Assembly (NCBI GenBank): GCA_963799845.1 | Contig: CAWCYI010000006.1 | Span: 608,001 to 672,000, forward strand | DNA: 64,000 bases | DNA from: an uncultured Nitrososphaerota archaeon | Lineage (GTDB): Archaea > Thermoproteota > Nitrososphaeria > Nitrososphaerales > CADDZS01 | Direction of reading: 5' to 3' | Shown here: piece by piece, positions 19,844 through 29,976 of the stretch | Layout: every line of letters begins with the position of its first letter | How positions within the stretch are numbered: position 1 is the first letter of the stretch | The notes under the pieces: generated by a model | Told to the model about the DNA's origin: nothing | The model's database searches: none | The model's input: only the letters and a program-made list of their open reading frames with translations | Program-made: the position numbers and the translations under genes

Positions 19844-21202
19844 CTATACAGTGAGCAATCCCAGTATCCTCGGCAGGAAGAGGAAGCTGAGAATCAAAAT
19901 CAGCATAATAATGGATATTATTGTCGTGAGGGTCTTCGCCCTTAGCTCGACGCCCTTCCTTCCAAAGTGAGAGAAAAAGTTCAGCAACGCTTGACCACCA
20001 TCCAGCGGATAGAGAGGGATTGCATTGAAGAATGCGAGGTTCACATTGATGAACCATATCCAGAAGAATGTCAGCGCAAGCGGGTACCATGCGCCTCCGA
20101 GGGTAGGCGAACTGTAGAGGTTTCCGAGTTCGCTTGAGAATGGCACAACCGAATTAGCTTGGGCAAAAACTCCAGGAACGACCAGGTAGATCAGCGGATC
20201 TTTGAAGAAAGATGAGGTATAGGTGTTTTTTACGCTGTTCAGATCGCTGTCGCTGAACGACTCACCTATTCCGATAAAACCGATGCTCTTGTTGTTTGGA
20301 TTCGCACCGAGAATTATGGAATAGTTGTTTATCTGACCTGAATGTTCCACCGAAATGATCAGAGTCTGATTAGGCTTTGTGAAACTCATGAAATGGGACA
20401 GGTTTGCAACCGAGTGAACCGATGTCGAATTTACGGCGACTACAACGTCTCCCGCTGCTAGCTCATTATGTTGCAACAGTCCGTAAGCAGGGCTAGGCGG
20501 ACTCGATATTATCTGCTGTACCTGGACACCGTTGAACTGAGCTGGAACAAGTCCTCCGATTATCAAAAGCAACGCTCCGAGAGCGATCAGAGCTACAACG
20601 ATGTTGCTACCCGGGCCTCCGGCCATGATTCGTCCCGAGTCTCTGAACCTTGCTTTCTGGATCAGTTTTTCATCGATCTCAACAAAGGCCCCGATGGGGA
20701 CGATCAGAAAGAACAATAATCCCGTCGACTTTACCGGGATACCCAATCGCCTTGATATGACCCCGTGGGTGCCCTCATGAATTACAACTGCGATCACAAT
20801 CCCAATAATTCCGTATATGAACGGGATCAGTGGGTTTAGTCCGGGCAACAAAAGGTATGCTTGAAGAGGCGGAGCCGGAGTCGGAACGATATTATTTGCT
20901 ACGCACTGTGTAGCAGGTGCGGCACCAACAGCACACCTCAGGGCTAAGCTACCTGTAAGCAGAATCCAGTCCTGATCCAGCATCAGCCAAATCATGAAGG
21001 CGCCGGCAACGAGTGTTACAGCGAGGTAAAACCACCCTATGTCCCCGAAAATTCTATACCGGGCAAGGTCGTCGAGGAAGTGTAGCAAACGCTTGGTCTT
21101 TACCATGACAATTCCCCAGGAGAAGGTAACGGAGCGATTGTCTTCCGGTGTGGGTTCATTCGTCGGTTCCGCGCTGACCTGAGCGCTATCGCTGTCTGTC
21201 AA
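19844..21202 (-). CDS. Site-2 protease (M50) with PDZ-like domain
   Basis: HEGTH zinc motif, PIGAFVE, AGGPGSN, FNAIPLYPLDGG. Confidence 0.93.
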   Translation of the reverse strand: MTDSDSAQVSAEPTNEPTPEDNRSVTFSWGIVMVKTKRLLHFLDDLARYRIFGDIGWFYLAVTLVAGAFMIWLMLDQDWILLTGSLALRCAVGAAPATQCVANNIVPTPAPPLQAYLLLPGLNPLIPFIYGIIGIVIAVVIHEGTHGVISRRLGIPVKSTGLLFFLIVPIGAFVEIDEKLIQKARFRDSGRIMAGGPGSNIVVALIALGALLLIIGGLVPAQFNGVQVQQIISSPPSPAYGLLQHNELAAGDVVVAVNSTSVHSVANLSHFMSFTKPNQTLIISVEHSGQINNYSIILGANPNNKSIGFIGIGESFSDSDLNSVKNTYTSSFFKDPLIYLVVPGVFAQANSVVPFSSELGNLYSSPTLGGAWYPLALTFFWIWFINVNLAFFNAIPLYPLDGGQALLNFFSHFGRKGVELRAKTLTTIISIIMLILILSFLFLPRILGLLTV

Positions 21203-21348
21203 GTAGGAAGTTCATTTTTCCGAATAAACGCTATTAACATATCTAGTAACTTTCAGAGTCTTTTCCCAACTAGTATTCCGTCAATAAAGTCAATCAGAAT
21301 TTCACTTATTAGGATTGGAAAGATACGAATTTCAAATCGGGATCGTGT

Positions 21349-22299
21349 ATGCAGACCGCGCAATCAAGACCAAGATCAGAATGTCGTTGCGGGGGAAAGA
21401 CGGTCTATTTCCGAGCGTACAATGGAGAATCCCTGTGCACCAGTTGTTTCAACGACTCCATATTTGAAAAAGTAAAGAGGACGATTTCAAAATACGAGAT
21501 GCTGCGCTTCGGCGATCGAGTCGGAGTTGCCGTCTCCGGTGGTAAGGATTCTACCTCGCTGCTATACATCCTAAGCAAGATCATGAAGGGACACGGCTCA
21601 GAGTTGTTTGCGATCACCATCGATGAAGGGATAAACGAGTACCGAGACGAGTCTGTGAGAAATGCGGAAAAACTTGCAGAAGCTCTTTCGATCCCTTTGC
21701 TCGTGAGATCTTACAAAGAGCTCTTTGGTGTATCGCTCGATGAAGCGATGATAGAGAGGTCCGAAAGAAATCTGAAAATGACCTCATGTGCTTTTTGCGG
21801 ACCATTGAGGAGGAGAGCAATCGACAGAGCAGCTGATGAACTCGATGTCAACGTTGTAGCGACAGCACACAACCTGGATGACGTACTGCAGACATTTTAC
21901 ATAAACCTGTACTCGGGAGACATTGAGAGGATCAAATGGCTCGATCCAAACTTCAGGTCGAGCTCCATTAATTTCAATTCGAGACGGATAAAGCCCGTGA
22001 TGGAAATTTACGAGCAGGAACTAGCGTTCTTCGCTTATGTGAACAATCTTCCATTCCAGTCTGAATCTTGTCCGTACATGGACGAGGGAATCCGAAACGA
22101 GGTCAGGGCTAACCTGAACGAGCTTGAAGGAAAGCATCCCGGAATAAAATACAGTACACTAAAGACCGTTCTTTCGATTTCATCAGGGCTATCGGGAACC
22201 GGAAGTGAATTGAAAAAGGCAATGATCTGCAAGAAATGCGGCTCAGTTTCGAGCGGTCCAATCTGCTCAGCTTGCACTACTCTGGACCTCGTCTCCTGA
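21349..22299 (+). CDS. ncsA: tRNA 2-thiolation protein NcsA/Ctu1 (TIGR00269 family)
   Basis: PP-loop SGGKDS, CAFC..LRR, TAHNLDD, CPY, terminal CxxC zinc fingers. Confidence 0.88.
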   Translation: MQTAQSRPRSECRCGGKTVYFRAYNGESLCTSCFNDSIFEKVKRTISKYEMLRFGDRVGVAVSGGKDSTSLLYILSKIMKGHGSELFAITIDEGINEYRDESVRNAEKLAEALSIPLLVRSYKELFGVSLDEAMIERSERNLKMTSCAFCGPLRRRAIDRAADELDVNVVATAHNLDDVLQTFYINLYSGDIERIKWLDPNFRSSSINFNSRRIKPVMEIYEQELAFFAYVNNLPFQSESCPYMDEGIRNEVRANLNELEGKHPGIKYSTLKTVLSISSGLSGTGSELKKAMICKKCGSVSSGPICSACTTLDLVS

Positions 22300-22830
22300 G
22301 GTAAGTGTGGCATCCGGCCCGGGATAGGTTATTTCAAGCCCGTCAACTTTCGCCCAGCTCGTAAGGATATGCGGCCTCCAATGGTTCTCGTCTAGAATGT
22401 CGATTACTTCGATCCCTCTCACAACCAGAGCGTCTCCCAAAAGTGATCGATGGCATCTCCACGGAACGGCCTCCGCACACATGGTTGAAACTGTACTAGA
22501 ATTAACGAGACCAAGTAGTTGCTGCAAACCCATCTCAAACTGCTTTGACTGCATGTAGTCAGCATAGCCGCGAAAAGGTTCGTTATGCCATCCCAAGTTG
22601 ATTGAGTCTTTCAGTGGTTTTCGGAGACCTCCGAGTTCTCCGAGATGTTCGTACTTTATTCCCACTTCTCCTAACGACACAGGCAGGCGATCCTCATTGA
22701 ACTGAGGATTTCTCTTGGATCTGGGAATTGTCCTAATGTCAACAAGCATGTTGATGCGATATTTTTCAAGAATCTGGATGAAATCCTGAATTGATCTCGT
22801 CGAATGTCCAACCGAATAAACAATATTCAA
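22267..22830 (-). CDS. DUF488 family protein
   Basis: YSVGHSTR, LVDIRTIPRS, LGGLR, MCAEAVPWRCHRSLL. Confidence 0.9.
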   Translation of the reverse strand: MNIVYSVGHSTRSIQDFIQILEKYRINMLVDIRTIPRSKRNPQFNEDRLPVSLGEVGIKYEHLGELGGLRKPLKDSINLGWHNEPFRGYADYMQSKQFEMGLQQLLGLVNSSTVSTMCAEAVPWRCHRSLLGDALVVRGIEVIDILDENHWRPHILTSWAKVDGLEITYPGPDATLTSGDEVQSSAS

Positions 22831-22840
22831 TTTTGAAATA

Positions 22841-23392
22841 TTACGAATCTTCCGGTGCCTTGATTGAATTACTTTCTGGTGTTAAGTACAGAAATAACTT
22901 TCCCTCGGTCCTTGTCGGAGTCCAACCTTTGAATCTGTGCTCGAACGACACCACTTTCGTGCCTGGCTTGCACTCTCGGAATATTTTCTTGCGGAGCTTC
23001 TCCATTATTTTAGTCTCTCGCGTAAGAAAAACAAATATCCCGTCTGCCTCTTGAAGATTCGCACTGAGAAAGTTGGAATTCGTGACCTTGACCAATCCAG
23101 CAAGTTTCTTTCTCTTAATCACACGATTCGTCCACCAGCATTTTATGGGATCAATCTCGATGCCCACCGCACTCGCTTTGTATCGCTCCGACATTGTAAC
23201 TATCATTCGACCATATCCAGAACCGAGATCGTAGAACCTGAAGCCCTCATGTAGGTCAAGAAGACTTGCCACTGTTTCTATCTCTTTTTTTGAAGTTGGG
23301 TAATAGCCCGCGCCCCAAATGAATCCGCTGAGGAAGAAGTACCCGATGAACGCCGCCATCAAAAACAAGAAAATACTGACCAGCGGCAGCAC
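22841..23392 (-). CDS. Membrane-anchored SAM-dependent methyltransferase
   Basis: N-terminal TM, GAGYYPT, FYDLGSGYGR, GIEIDP, KPGTKVVS. Confidence 0.82.
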   Translation of the reverse strand: MLPLVSIFLFLMAAFIGYFFLSGFIWGAGYYPTSKKEIETVASLLDLHEGFRFYDLGSGYGRMIVTMSERYKASAVGIEIDPIKCWWTNRVIKRKKLAGLVKVTNSNFLSANLQEADGIFVFLTRETKIMEKLRKKIFRECKPGTKVVSFEHRFKGWTPTRTEGKLFLYLTPESNSIKAPEDS

Positions 23393-23481
23393 AACAAAGA
23401 AGTCCTGGGTTCAATCTAAAGAGATTATTTACAGACCAACGATATTCTAATAACAGGAACGCGTCGTTTTCAAATAATTGC

Positions 23482-23800
23482 GGTAGGTAGGATCGGGAGG
23501 ATAGTCGTCTCCCTTTGTCCTGAAACCGACTATATGCAGGGGTCAGTAACCGCCAGGTAAAGTGCGGGCCGGAATGAACTTGCTCGGCCTATTGGGATGA
23601 ACTCACGCCACGGCGGGCTGTCATAGGAGCGTGCCCTTCGAAGGGAGGGTTCCGACTCTGAACCGTCGAATCGGGCGAGATCCGGGAGGGGGCAACCCTA
23701 AGATGGGATGGTTGCGCTGACGTGTCTACGCGGAGGACCTCTAAAGCCGGGAGAGAGGCACTTCGTTCGCACGAACTCTGGCGGAGCTATCGCACCTATC
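23482..23800 (+). ncRNA. ffs: Archaeal SRP (7S) RNA
   Basis: Ends pair (GGTAGGT/ACCTATC); Alu-domain loops ATAGTCG and CGACTAT are complementary (pseudoknot); helix 6 CCCTTCGAAGGG; helix 8-like GCGAGATCC-GGGA-GGGGGCAACC; about 320 nt. Confidence 0.85.
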
Positions 23801-25412
23801 ACTCTGGAGGGATTTCTGCGAATATCTTAGAGAACTGAACGCCCCTTCTAGCGTTGATGAGCTTGGATGCATAATATATAACGAAAAGAATCACGATCGG
23901 AATGAAAATGTACTCATATCCAAGAACTGACCCCGCTGCCCCAAATACCTCGGGGTTTGTCAGGTACTGATAGAATGTGAAAAGGCCGTATACGATTGTG
24001 AAGATTGCGGCAAACCAGTACACTCCTCCTCCCAGATATGTCTTCGCAACGGCAGATTGTTCGTAATCCATTTTGTGTCTCACTCTGAATGTTATCATAG
24101 CAATTCCTAGTACCGTAATCGGGAAGATTATGATTATGGCAACGGCTGCAGTGGATAGCGCAAAAGCGGCACTCGCTGCGCTTGGAAGTACAAAGAACGC
24201 ACCAGCAATAAGACCGATAATCAGTGACACTATCATTCCCTTTGCAGGGACGTGAAATCTTGTGCTAACATCGCCCATGAATGCCGGCATAATCTTGTCG
24301 AAGGAATAAGAGAGCAATAATCTGGATCCGATGAACACAGCATTCGTCTGGTACCAGAGAAGCTGCAGTAATGAAACGATTATGATAAACGAGCCCAGGT
24401 AAGGATTACCTGAAATTGCAGCCGCGAAGAAATTGATGTACGGAACAAATGCCGCAGGAAGCGGAGATAGCGTTCCGAAGTTCACCACAGTCGTAGTATA
24501 AGCATTTGCCAAGAATCCATAGCCTAAAGCATGATAGAGAAGTAGCGTCCCGCCGGCGAACATTACAAATGTTATTAGAAGAGTTCCAAGAATCGCGAGC
24601 GGCATGTTTCGCTGAACTTGTTTCACTTCTCCGGCAACGTAGATAGCGGAAATTATGTACGAGAAACCAACTACGTAAATCCCGTTCAAGGCGAGGGTCC
24701 CCGAGAAATTTGTAACAGGAGCGGGAGCGATCGCATTAATGTTCTGGGCAAAGGTAGCGTTTCCAAAAGGCGCGGTAAGAGCGTCAAGACGCGCCCACGC
24801 AGTAGACTGGGAAGTAAAAGCTAGAATTCCGAACATCACGATCACACCCAAGATGATCAATGGAAGTATAACTCGGTTCAGAGCCTTGTACAATCTGTAC
24901 CCAAAGAAAGGCAAGAGTGCAAAGAGTATAGTAGCGACAGCGCCAATCGCAAACTCGTAACCGGTATTCTGGTACAGAGTACCGGCGAGGTTGAGATAAG
25001 ATTGGCTGTGGTAAGCTAGTCCCCAATAGGCGAAGAGAGAACTGAAACCAAACGTCTCTATAGTGGTAATGGTGATTCCGATAAACATCGGAACCGTCGC
25101 AACAAAATAACCCGCATTTCCAACGAAGCCGAGCGCAGGATGCAGATATCTGCTTGTGAAAACATAGTCTCCAGCCGTCCTAGGAACCAAGATTGCAACT
25201 ATCGAAAAGGCAAGTCCTACGATGAACATTCCAACAAACGCAATCAACCCGCCCTGAAGCGGGTCTCCCGCGACTAGTGGGCTCTCGAATGCTACGAATG
25301 TGATCGAAAATATTATTCCTACAAGTGAAAGGTTGATCCATATTGTATCCAAGACACCGAATTCGCGTCGCAGACCGGTAGCATTTCTCAGGAATACTTT
25401 TTGATCGTCCAA
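23799..25412 (-). CDS. APC-family amino acid/amine permease
   Basis: VFLRNATGLRRE, PRTAGDYVFTSR, AGEVK, SFDKIMP, C-terminal EIPPE; many TM helices. Confidence 0.9.
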   Translation of the reverse strand: MDDQKVFLRNATGLRREFGVLDTIWINLSLVGIIFSITFVAFESPLVAGDPLQGGLIAFVGMFIVGLAFSIVAILVPRTAGDYVFTSRYLHPALGFVGNAGYFVATVPMFIGITITTIETFGFSSLFAYWGLAYHSQSYLNLAGTLYQNTGYEFAIGAVATILFALLPFFGYRLYKALNRVILPLIILGVIVMFGILAFTSQSTAWARLDALTAPFGNATFAQNINAIAPAPVTNFSGTLALNGIYVVGFSYIISAIYVAGEVKQVQRNMPLAILGTLLITFVMFAGGTLLLYHALGYGFLANAYTTTVVNFGTLSPLPAAFVPYINFFAAAISGNPYLGSFIIIVSLLQLLWYQTNAVFIGSRLLLSYSFDKIMPAFMGDVSTRFHVPAKGMIVSLIIGLIAGAFFVLPSAASAAFALSTAAVAIIIIFPITVLGIAMITFRVRHKMDYEQSAVAKTYLGGGVYWFAAIFTIVYGLFTFYQYLTNPEVFGAAGSVLGYEYIFIPIVILFVIYYASKLINARRGVQFSKIFAEIPPE

Positions 25413-25514
25413 AGTCGGGAGTGGGAGAAATTATACCTACATTTAAGGATTCGATCTTAGGCCAACCAAAAAGACCAATTCCGATAGTCGCCCTAAAGGT
25501 TGAGAATTAAGCTC

Positions 25515-26324
25515 TTAGTAGCCTGAATACGCTTCGGGGACTAATTGTGAAAGATAAGGTAATTTGGGTCTTACAGATTCCAAAAGTGAGAGATCCACTT
25601 CTGCAATCGCAACTGGGAAATTGATTGTAGTTCTGGCCAAAACTTTGCACAGTGGAGAAACTATCTGACTTCTCCCAAAGAAGTGGGTTTTGTGCTCGGT
25701 TCCACTTCTGTTAGAAAAAGCAACAAAGCAACAGTTTTCTGCGGCCCTGCTTTTTGCGTAAGTGTCGATGTGATTTTCCATGGGACTCATTTCGGCTGAC
25801 GGGAAAAACAAAAGCTTCGCTCCGTTGATCGCCAGAGCTCGCGCTGCTTCTGGAAATTCTATGTCATAACAGATTCCGATTCCAATTTTCCCGAATTTTG
25901 TCTGAAATGTCGGGAAGTTGTCGCCGTGGACAAAAAATTTTCTTTCCTTGTCCCACAGATGGACCTTGCGATAGGTTCCTCGAAGTTTGCCGCTCGGCGA
26001 TATCAAGATCGCGCTATCATAAATTTTTCCCGATCTCGAGTCCAGCTCGTCTATGCCACAAACGAGGTACGAACTAATCTCTGAAGCAATCTTGCAAAGT
26101 TCGTCGGTAGTCTGACCCGGCACAGTCTCTGCATACTTTATCCAGTTTCTATTTAGCGAGTAACCGGTCGGTGCAAGCTCTGGAAAACAAATAATGTCCG
26201 GATTTTGTCTTGAAACCGAATTTGCAAGTCTCTCGATCGTTCCGAGATTCGCCCTAACGTCTCCCATCTTGCAATCCATCTGCGTGACGGCAACCTTGAT
26301 TTTCATCCACTTGAAGTTGGTCAT
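25515..26324 (-). CDS. Carbon-nitrogen hydrolase (nitrilase superfamily)
   Basis: Catalytic triad motifs FPEL, YRKVHL, ICYDIEFPE; RAAEN. Confidence 0.9.
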   Translation of the reverse strand: MTNFKWMKIKVAVTQMDCKMGDVRANLGTIERLANSVSRQNPDIICFPELAPTGYSLNRNWIKYAETVPGQTTDELCKIASEISSYLVCGIDELDSRSGKIYDSAILISPSGKLRGTYRKVHLWDKERKFFVHGDNFPTFQTKFGKIGIGICYDIEFPEAARALAINGAKLLFFPSAEMSPMENHIDTYAKSRAAENCCFVAFSNRSGTEHKTHFFGRSQIVSPLCKVLARTTINFPVAIAEVDLSLLESVRPKLPYLSQLVPEAYSGY

Positions 26325-26391
26325 ACAGTCGATAATACTTTTTCTGAAGGGAAATACAGCCCAAAAGTAAAATAGGATTCCAAACTAGTCC

Positions 26392-27966
26392 TTGATTAAC
26401 TTGGAACACGAATATGATGCGGTGGTAATCGGCGGAGGCCACAATGGGCTCGTTTCGGCTGCCTATCTCGCGAAGGAGGGCTTCAGGGTCGCCGTTTTTG
26501 AAAAGCGTGGAATCGTCGGCGGAGCCGCAATCACTGAGGAAGTGTGGAAGGGGTTCAAGGTCAGCAGGCTTTCTTACGCTTACAGCCTTTTTGACCCTCA
26601 GATCGTGAAGGATTTGAGGCTGGAACAGCATGGCCTCAAGGTCGTTTCTACAGATCCGGACCTCTTCGTTCCGTTTCCGGACGGCAAATACGCCTTCATC
26701 TGGGAAGACGCTAAAAAGACCGCCGAGGGATTTGAGAAATTTTCAAAGAAAGATGCGAAAAGATATCTCGACTATCTGGAGTTCTGGAAAGGCGTCAGCG
26801 AACTCCTGGGCCCTTTGATGTTGAGCCCGCCGCCGTCATTGGAAGATTTCGTATCTGTCTTTCAGAGTCCCGAATCTCTAGAAGGCCTGAAGATCCTGAT
26901 GTTCGGAAGCGTCTCCGAGCTACTGGATGAATACTTCGAGTCTAATTACGTCAAGGCCGCGATCTGTCCCAGGGGTTTAATCGGTACGATGGTCGGGCCG
27001 AAGTCGTCGGGCAGCGCGTATGTATTAGGGCACCACGTAATAGGCGGTTCTTCCGGAGAAACGGGAATTTGGGGATACCTGAAAGGCGGGATGGGCGCCC
27101 TTAGCGATGCCATAGCCGCGAGTGCGGTTTCGTTCGGAGCTGAGGTCTTTACGCAAACTTCAGTTTCAAAGATTACCGTCGAGGATTCTGTCGCAACTGG
27201 AGTCGAACTTCAAAACGGGGCCAAGATAAAGGCGAAATACATTGTATCGGACGCGGATCCCAAACAGACATTCTTGAAATTGGTCGGGCGCGACAATCTC
27301 GATGGCTCATTCGTGAAGGAAGTTGAGAAGATCAAGGATCAGGGTTGTGTTTTGAAGGTCAACGCCGCCCTTGACGAACTACCCGATTACACGGCTCTCC
27401 CCGGCAAAACCCTGAGCATCCAGCATCGCGGCATCACGAGCATCGGGCCTTCGGTCGATTACTGCGAGCGGGCTTTTGACGATGCAAAGTACGGAAGGCC
27501 GTCGAAGGATCCATTTTTGCGCGTGGTCTATCATTCCGCGAACGATCCGGATCTCGCGCCTTCGGGTAAACACACGATGTCGATTTTCGCGCAGTATTTT
27601 CCCTACAATCTATCGAGCGGCAATTGGGACGAAATCAAAGAACAGGTTGGGGATAACGTGATTGATACCCTGACGGAATATGCCCCCAACGTCAAGAGAT
27701 CGATAATCCATAGAGAGGTCATTACTCCTCTGGACATGGAAAGAGAGTTCAGCCTTCCGCGGGGGAATATCTTCCACATGGAGATCACCCCCGACCAGAT
27801 GTTTTTCTTCAGGCCGGTCGCAGGCTGGTCTTCTTACCGAACGCCGATCAAAGGATTGTACCTTTGCGGATCTGGCACCCATCCGGGAGGAGGGGTAACG
27901 GGCGCGCCTGGCTACAACGCAGCGCAGGTGGTTTTGGGCGATTCGCGTCCGCAGGGCGTTTCGTAA
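26392..27966 (+). CDS. Phytoene dehydrogenase-like FAD oxidoreductase (PYROXD2-like)
   Basis: IGGGHNGLVSAAYL, GGMGALS, GNIFH, LYLCGSGTHPGGGVTGAPGYNAA. Confidence 0.88.
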   Translation: MINLEHEYDAVVIGGGHNGLVSAAYLAKEGFRVAVFEKRGIVGGAAITEEVWKGFKVSRLSYAYSLFDPQIVKDLRLEQHGLKVVSTDPDLFVPFPDGKYAFIWEDAKKTAEGFEKFSKKDAKRYLDYLEFWKGVSELLGPLMLSPPPSLEDFVSVFQSPESLEGLKILMFGSVSELLDEYFESNYVKAAICPRGLIGTMVGPKSSGSAYVLGHHVIGGSSGETGIWGYLKGGMGALSDAIAASAVSFGAEVFTQTSVSKITVEDSVATGVELQNGAKIKAKYIVSDADPKQTFLKLVGRDNLDGSFVKEVEKIKDQGCVLKVNAALDELPDYTALPGKTLSIQHRGITSIGPSVDYCERAFDDAKYGRPSKDPFLRVVYHSANDPDLAPSGKHTMSIFAQYFPYNLSSGNWDEIKEQVGDNVIDTLTEYAPNVKRSIIHREVITPLDMEREFSLPRGNIFHMEITPDQMFFFRPVAGWSSYRTPIKGLYLCGSGTHPGGGVTGAPGYNAAQVVLGDSRPQGVS

Positions 27967-28013
27967 CAAGCCAACTATCTTTTATCGCTCACTATCACCC
28001 TACTTTCGCGAAC

Positions 28014-28922
28014 ATGCGCCAGATTGATGCGAGAGATTCACCGAGGTTCGCTCAGATCTCAACCTTTGGAAGGCTGCCGAATACTCAGGAACTTGGTGGG
28101 GTAAAAGCTGCATTCGTCGGAGTGCCTTTCGACGACGGGACAACTTACCGACCGGGAGCTAGGTTTGGTCCCAGTTCAATCAGACAGGGCTCCCGACTTC
28201 TTAGAGCCTACAATCCGTTCGTAGATTCGTACCCGTTTGAGTCCCTAAACAGTTGCGACTACGGGGACATTAACGCAATACCAGGGTACATCGAGGACAC
28301 GATGAAGATCGTCGAACGAGAAATGAAGAACGTGGCTTCGAAATTAGTTCCGTTTACTGCGGGAGGAGACCACTCGATTGCTCTTCCGATCCTTAGGGCA
28401 ATGAACCAAATTCATGGAAAAGTCAACCTCGTCCACCTTGATTCCCACTATGACTTTTGGGACAGCTACTGGGGGAAAAAGTACACGCACGGCACTTGGC
28501 TAAGGCGCGCGAGGGAGGAAAATCTCCTGAATGAAGTCGTTCAGGTTGGAATCCGGGGCTCTCTTTACTCGAAGGACGACATCGACGACGCAAAAAAATT
28601 GGACATCGTGTACTATACTACGAACGCAACGAGAAAGGAAACCGCCCAGATACTGAGCCACGTCAAATCGTTAAAGGGAAAGACGTACGTCTCGCTCGAC
28701 ATCGACGTCACTGATCCCGCCTTCGCTCCGGGGACCGGCACGCCCGAAGTCGGAGGACTATCGAGCCTCGAGCTCATCGAGCTCGTCCGCGAATTAAATC
28801 TGGATCTCGCCGGGATGGAAGTGGTCGAAGTTTCCCCGCCGTACGACGTGAGTGAGCTGACGAGCATGCTCGCGGCTAATCTGATCTACGAGGGCATGAG
28901 CGTTCTCGCGAAGCGCATCTAG
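28014..28922 (+). CDS. speB: Agmatinase/guanidinobutyrase-family ureohydrolase
   Basis: RPGARFGP, GGDHS, DSHYD, HGT, SLDIDVTDPAFAPGTGTPEVGG, EVSPPYD. Confidence 0.88.
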   Translation: MRQIDARDSPRFAQISTFGRLPNTQELGGVKAAFVGVPFDDGTTYRPGARFGPSSIRQGSRLLRAYNPFVDSYPFESLNSCDYGDINAIPGYIEDTMKIVEREMKNVASKLVPFTAGGDHSIALPILRAMNQIHGKVNLVHLDSHYDFWDSYWGKKYTHGTWLRRAREENLLNEVVQVGIRGSLYSKDDIDDAKKLDIVYYTTNATRKETAQILSHVKSLKGKTYVSLDIDVTDPAFAPGTGTPEVGGLSSLELIELVRELNLDLAGMEVVEVSPPYDVSELTSMLAANLIYEGMSVLAKRI

Positions 28923-29722
28923 CCGATGGATCTTAAGGCTGCTCCATCCACCGGGAGCGCTGTGCCGCTGACGTAGGACGACATTTCGCTTCCGAGAAAG
29001 AGGAAGGAACGCGCTATTTCCTCGGTCGAACCGATGTAGCCCAGCGGAATCTGCGAAACGATCTCGTTCATCGCCTGAGCTTCTGAAATCCCCCTTCTCT
29101 TCGAACTGTCCCGGACTAGCTGGTCGATCCTCCCGGTCTTGATGTATCCGGGGAGAATTGCGTTCACCCTGATCCCCTTCGGGGCAAGTTCCCTCGCGAG
29201 CGTTCTCACAAGGCCAAGGATCGAGACGCGACAGACATCGGAGAGTGCCAGATTTGGTGACGGCTCTCGGACGACCAGAGACGCAGAGAAGATCATTTTG
29301 CCTTTAGTCTTCTTTTCTATCATAACTTCAGCCACTTTTCTCGCAAGGTAGGCGGGGCTGATCGTGAGCAGCCTCGCAGCATACTCCCACTCGTCATAGT
29401 TTTTTTCCATGACAGTCCCCGGCGATGGAGAACCAGTGACGTATGCCAGGACATCGATGCCGCCAAGCAAATCTGTGGTTGTGGACACAACTCGGTCGAT
29501 GTCAGATTCTACCGACAGATCTCCGGCAATCCGGTGGACTTCTCCCAGGCCGGAAAGATCCTGCTCCGCTTTTCTCAGCCGTTCATCGTTTGATGAATTG
29601 ATAACTACCCTTGCGTGTTCTTCTAGAAAGGCCTTGGCTACTCCGAAGCCGATGCCCTGGCTCGCCGCCGTTACGAGCACTCTATGATTTTCGAGTCCGG
29701 TTGAAAGAGGCAATTCATTCAC
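28919..29722 (-). CDS. SDR family oxidoreductase
   Basis: VLVTAASQGIG, IRVNAILPG, YVSGTALPVDG. Confidence 0.88.
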   Translation of the reverse strand: MNELPLSTGLENHRVLVTAASQGIGFGVAKAFLEEHARVVINSSNDERLRKAEQDLSGLGEVHRIAGDLSVESDIDRVVSTTTDLLGGIDVLAYVTGSPSPGTVMEKNYDEWEYAARLLTISPAYLARKVAEVMIEKKTKGKMIFSASLVVREPSPNLALSDVCRVSILGLVRTLARELAPKGIRVNAILPGYIKTGRIDQLVRDSSKRRGISEAQAMNEIVSQIPLGYIGSTEEIARSFLFLGSEMSSYVSGTALPVDGAALRSIG

Positions 29723-29933
29723 GGTTCAGCGAATCCGTGTTAATTAGATTTGGGAATAAGCCCTTTAGGAACTCACTCCTAATAGTGAATACACTTGCTC
29801 TATGATTAGAACTATTGCAGTTCCAGAATCATCCTAGGCACTTTCTTCTAAAAATAATCAAACTTGTGCCGTATAGTTAGCAAGTCAGAATTCCTGACTG
29901 CCCGCACCGTCAAAGACCAGATTTTCACAAACC

Positions 29934-29968
29934 TTTTATATCAGTAAGTTACTATCCAATGGTTACTA
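29934..29968 (+). promoter_or_regulatory. hsp20 TATA box with adjacent palindrome/direct repeats (candidate operator)
   Basis: TTTTATAT 29934-29941; AGTAA-G-TTACT 29943-29953; GTTACTA at 29948 and 29962. Confidence 0.5.
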
Positions 29969-29976
29969 ACGTCTAG

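Noticed and set aside
26392-27966. Carotenoid biosynthesis (crtI)
   Set aside because: No crtB, crtE or cyclase nearby; motifs fit the broader PYROXD2-like family.
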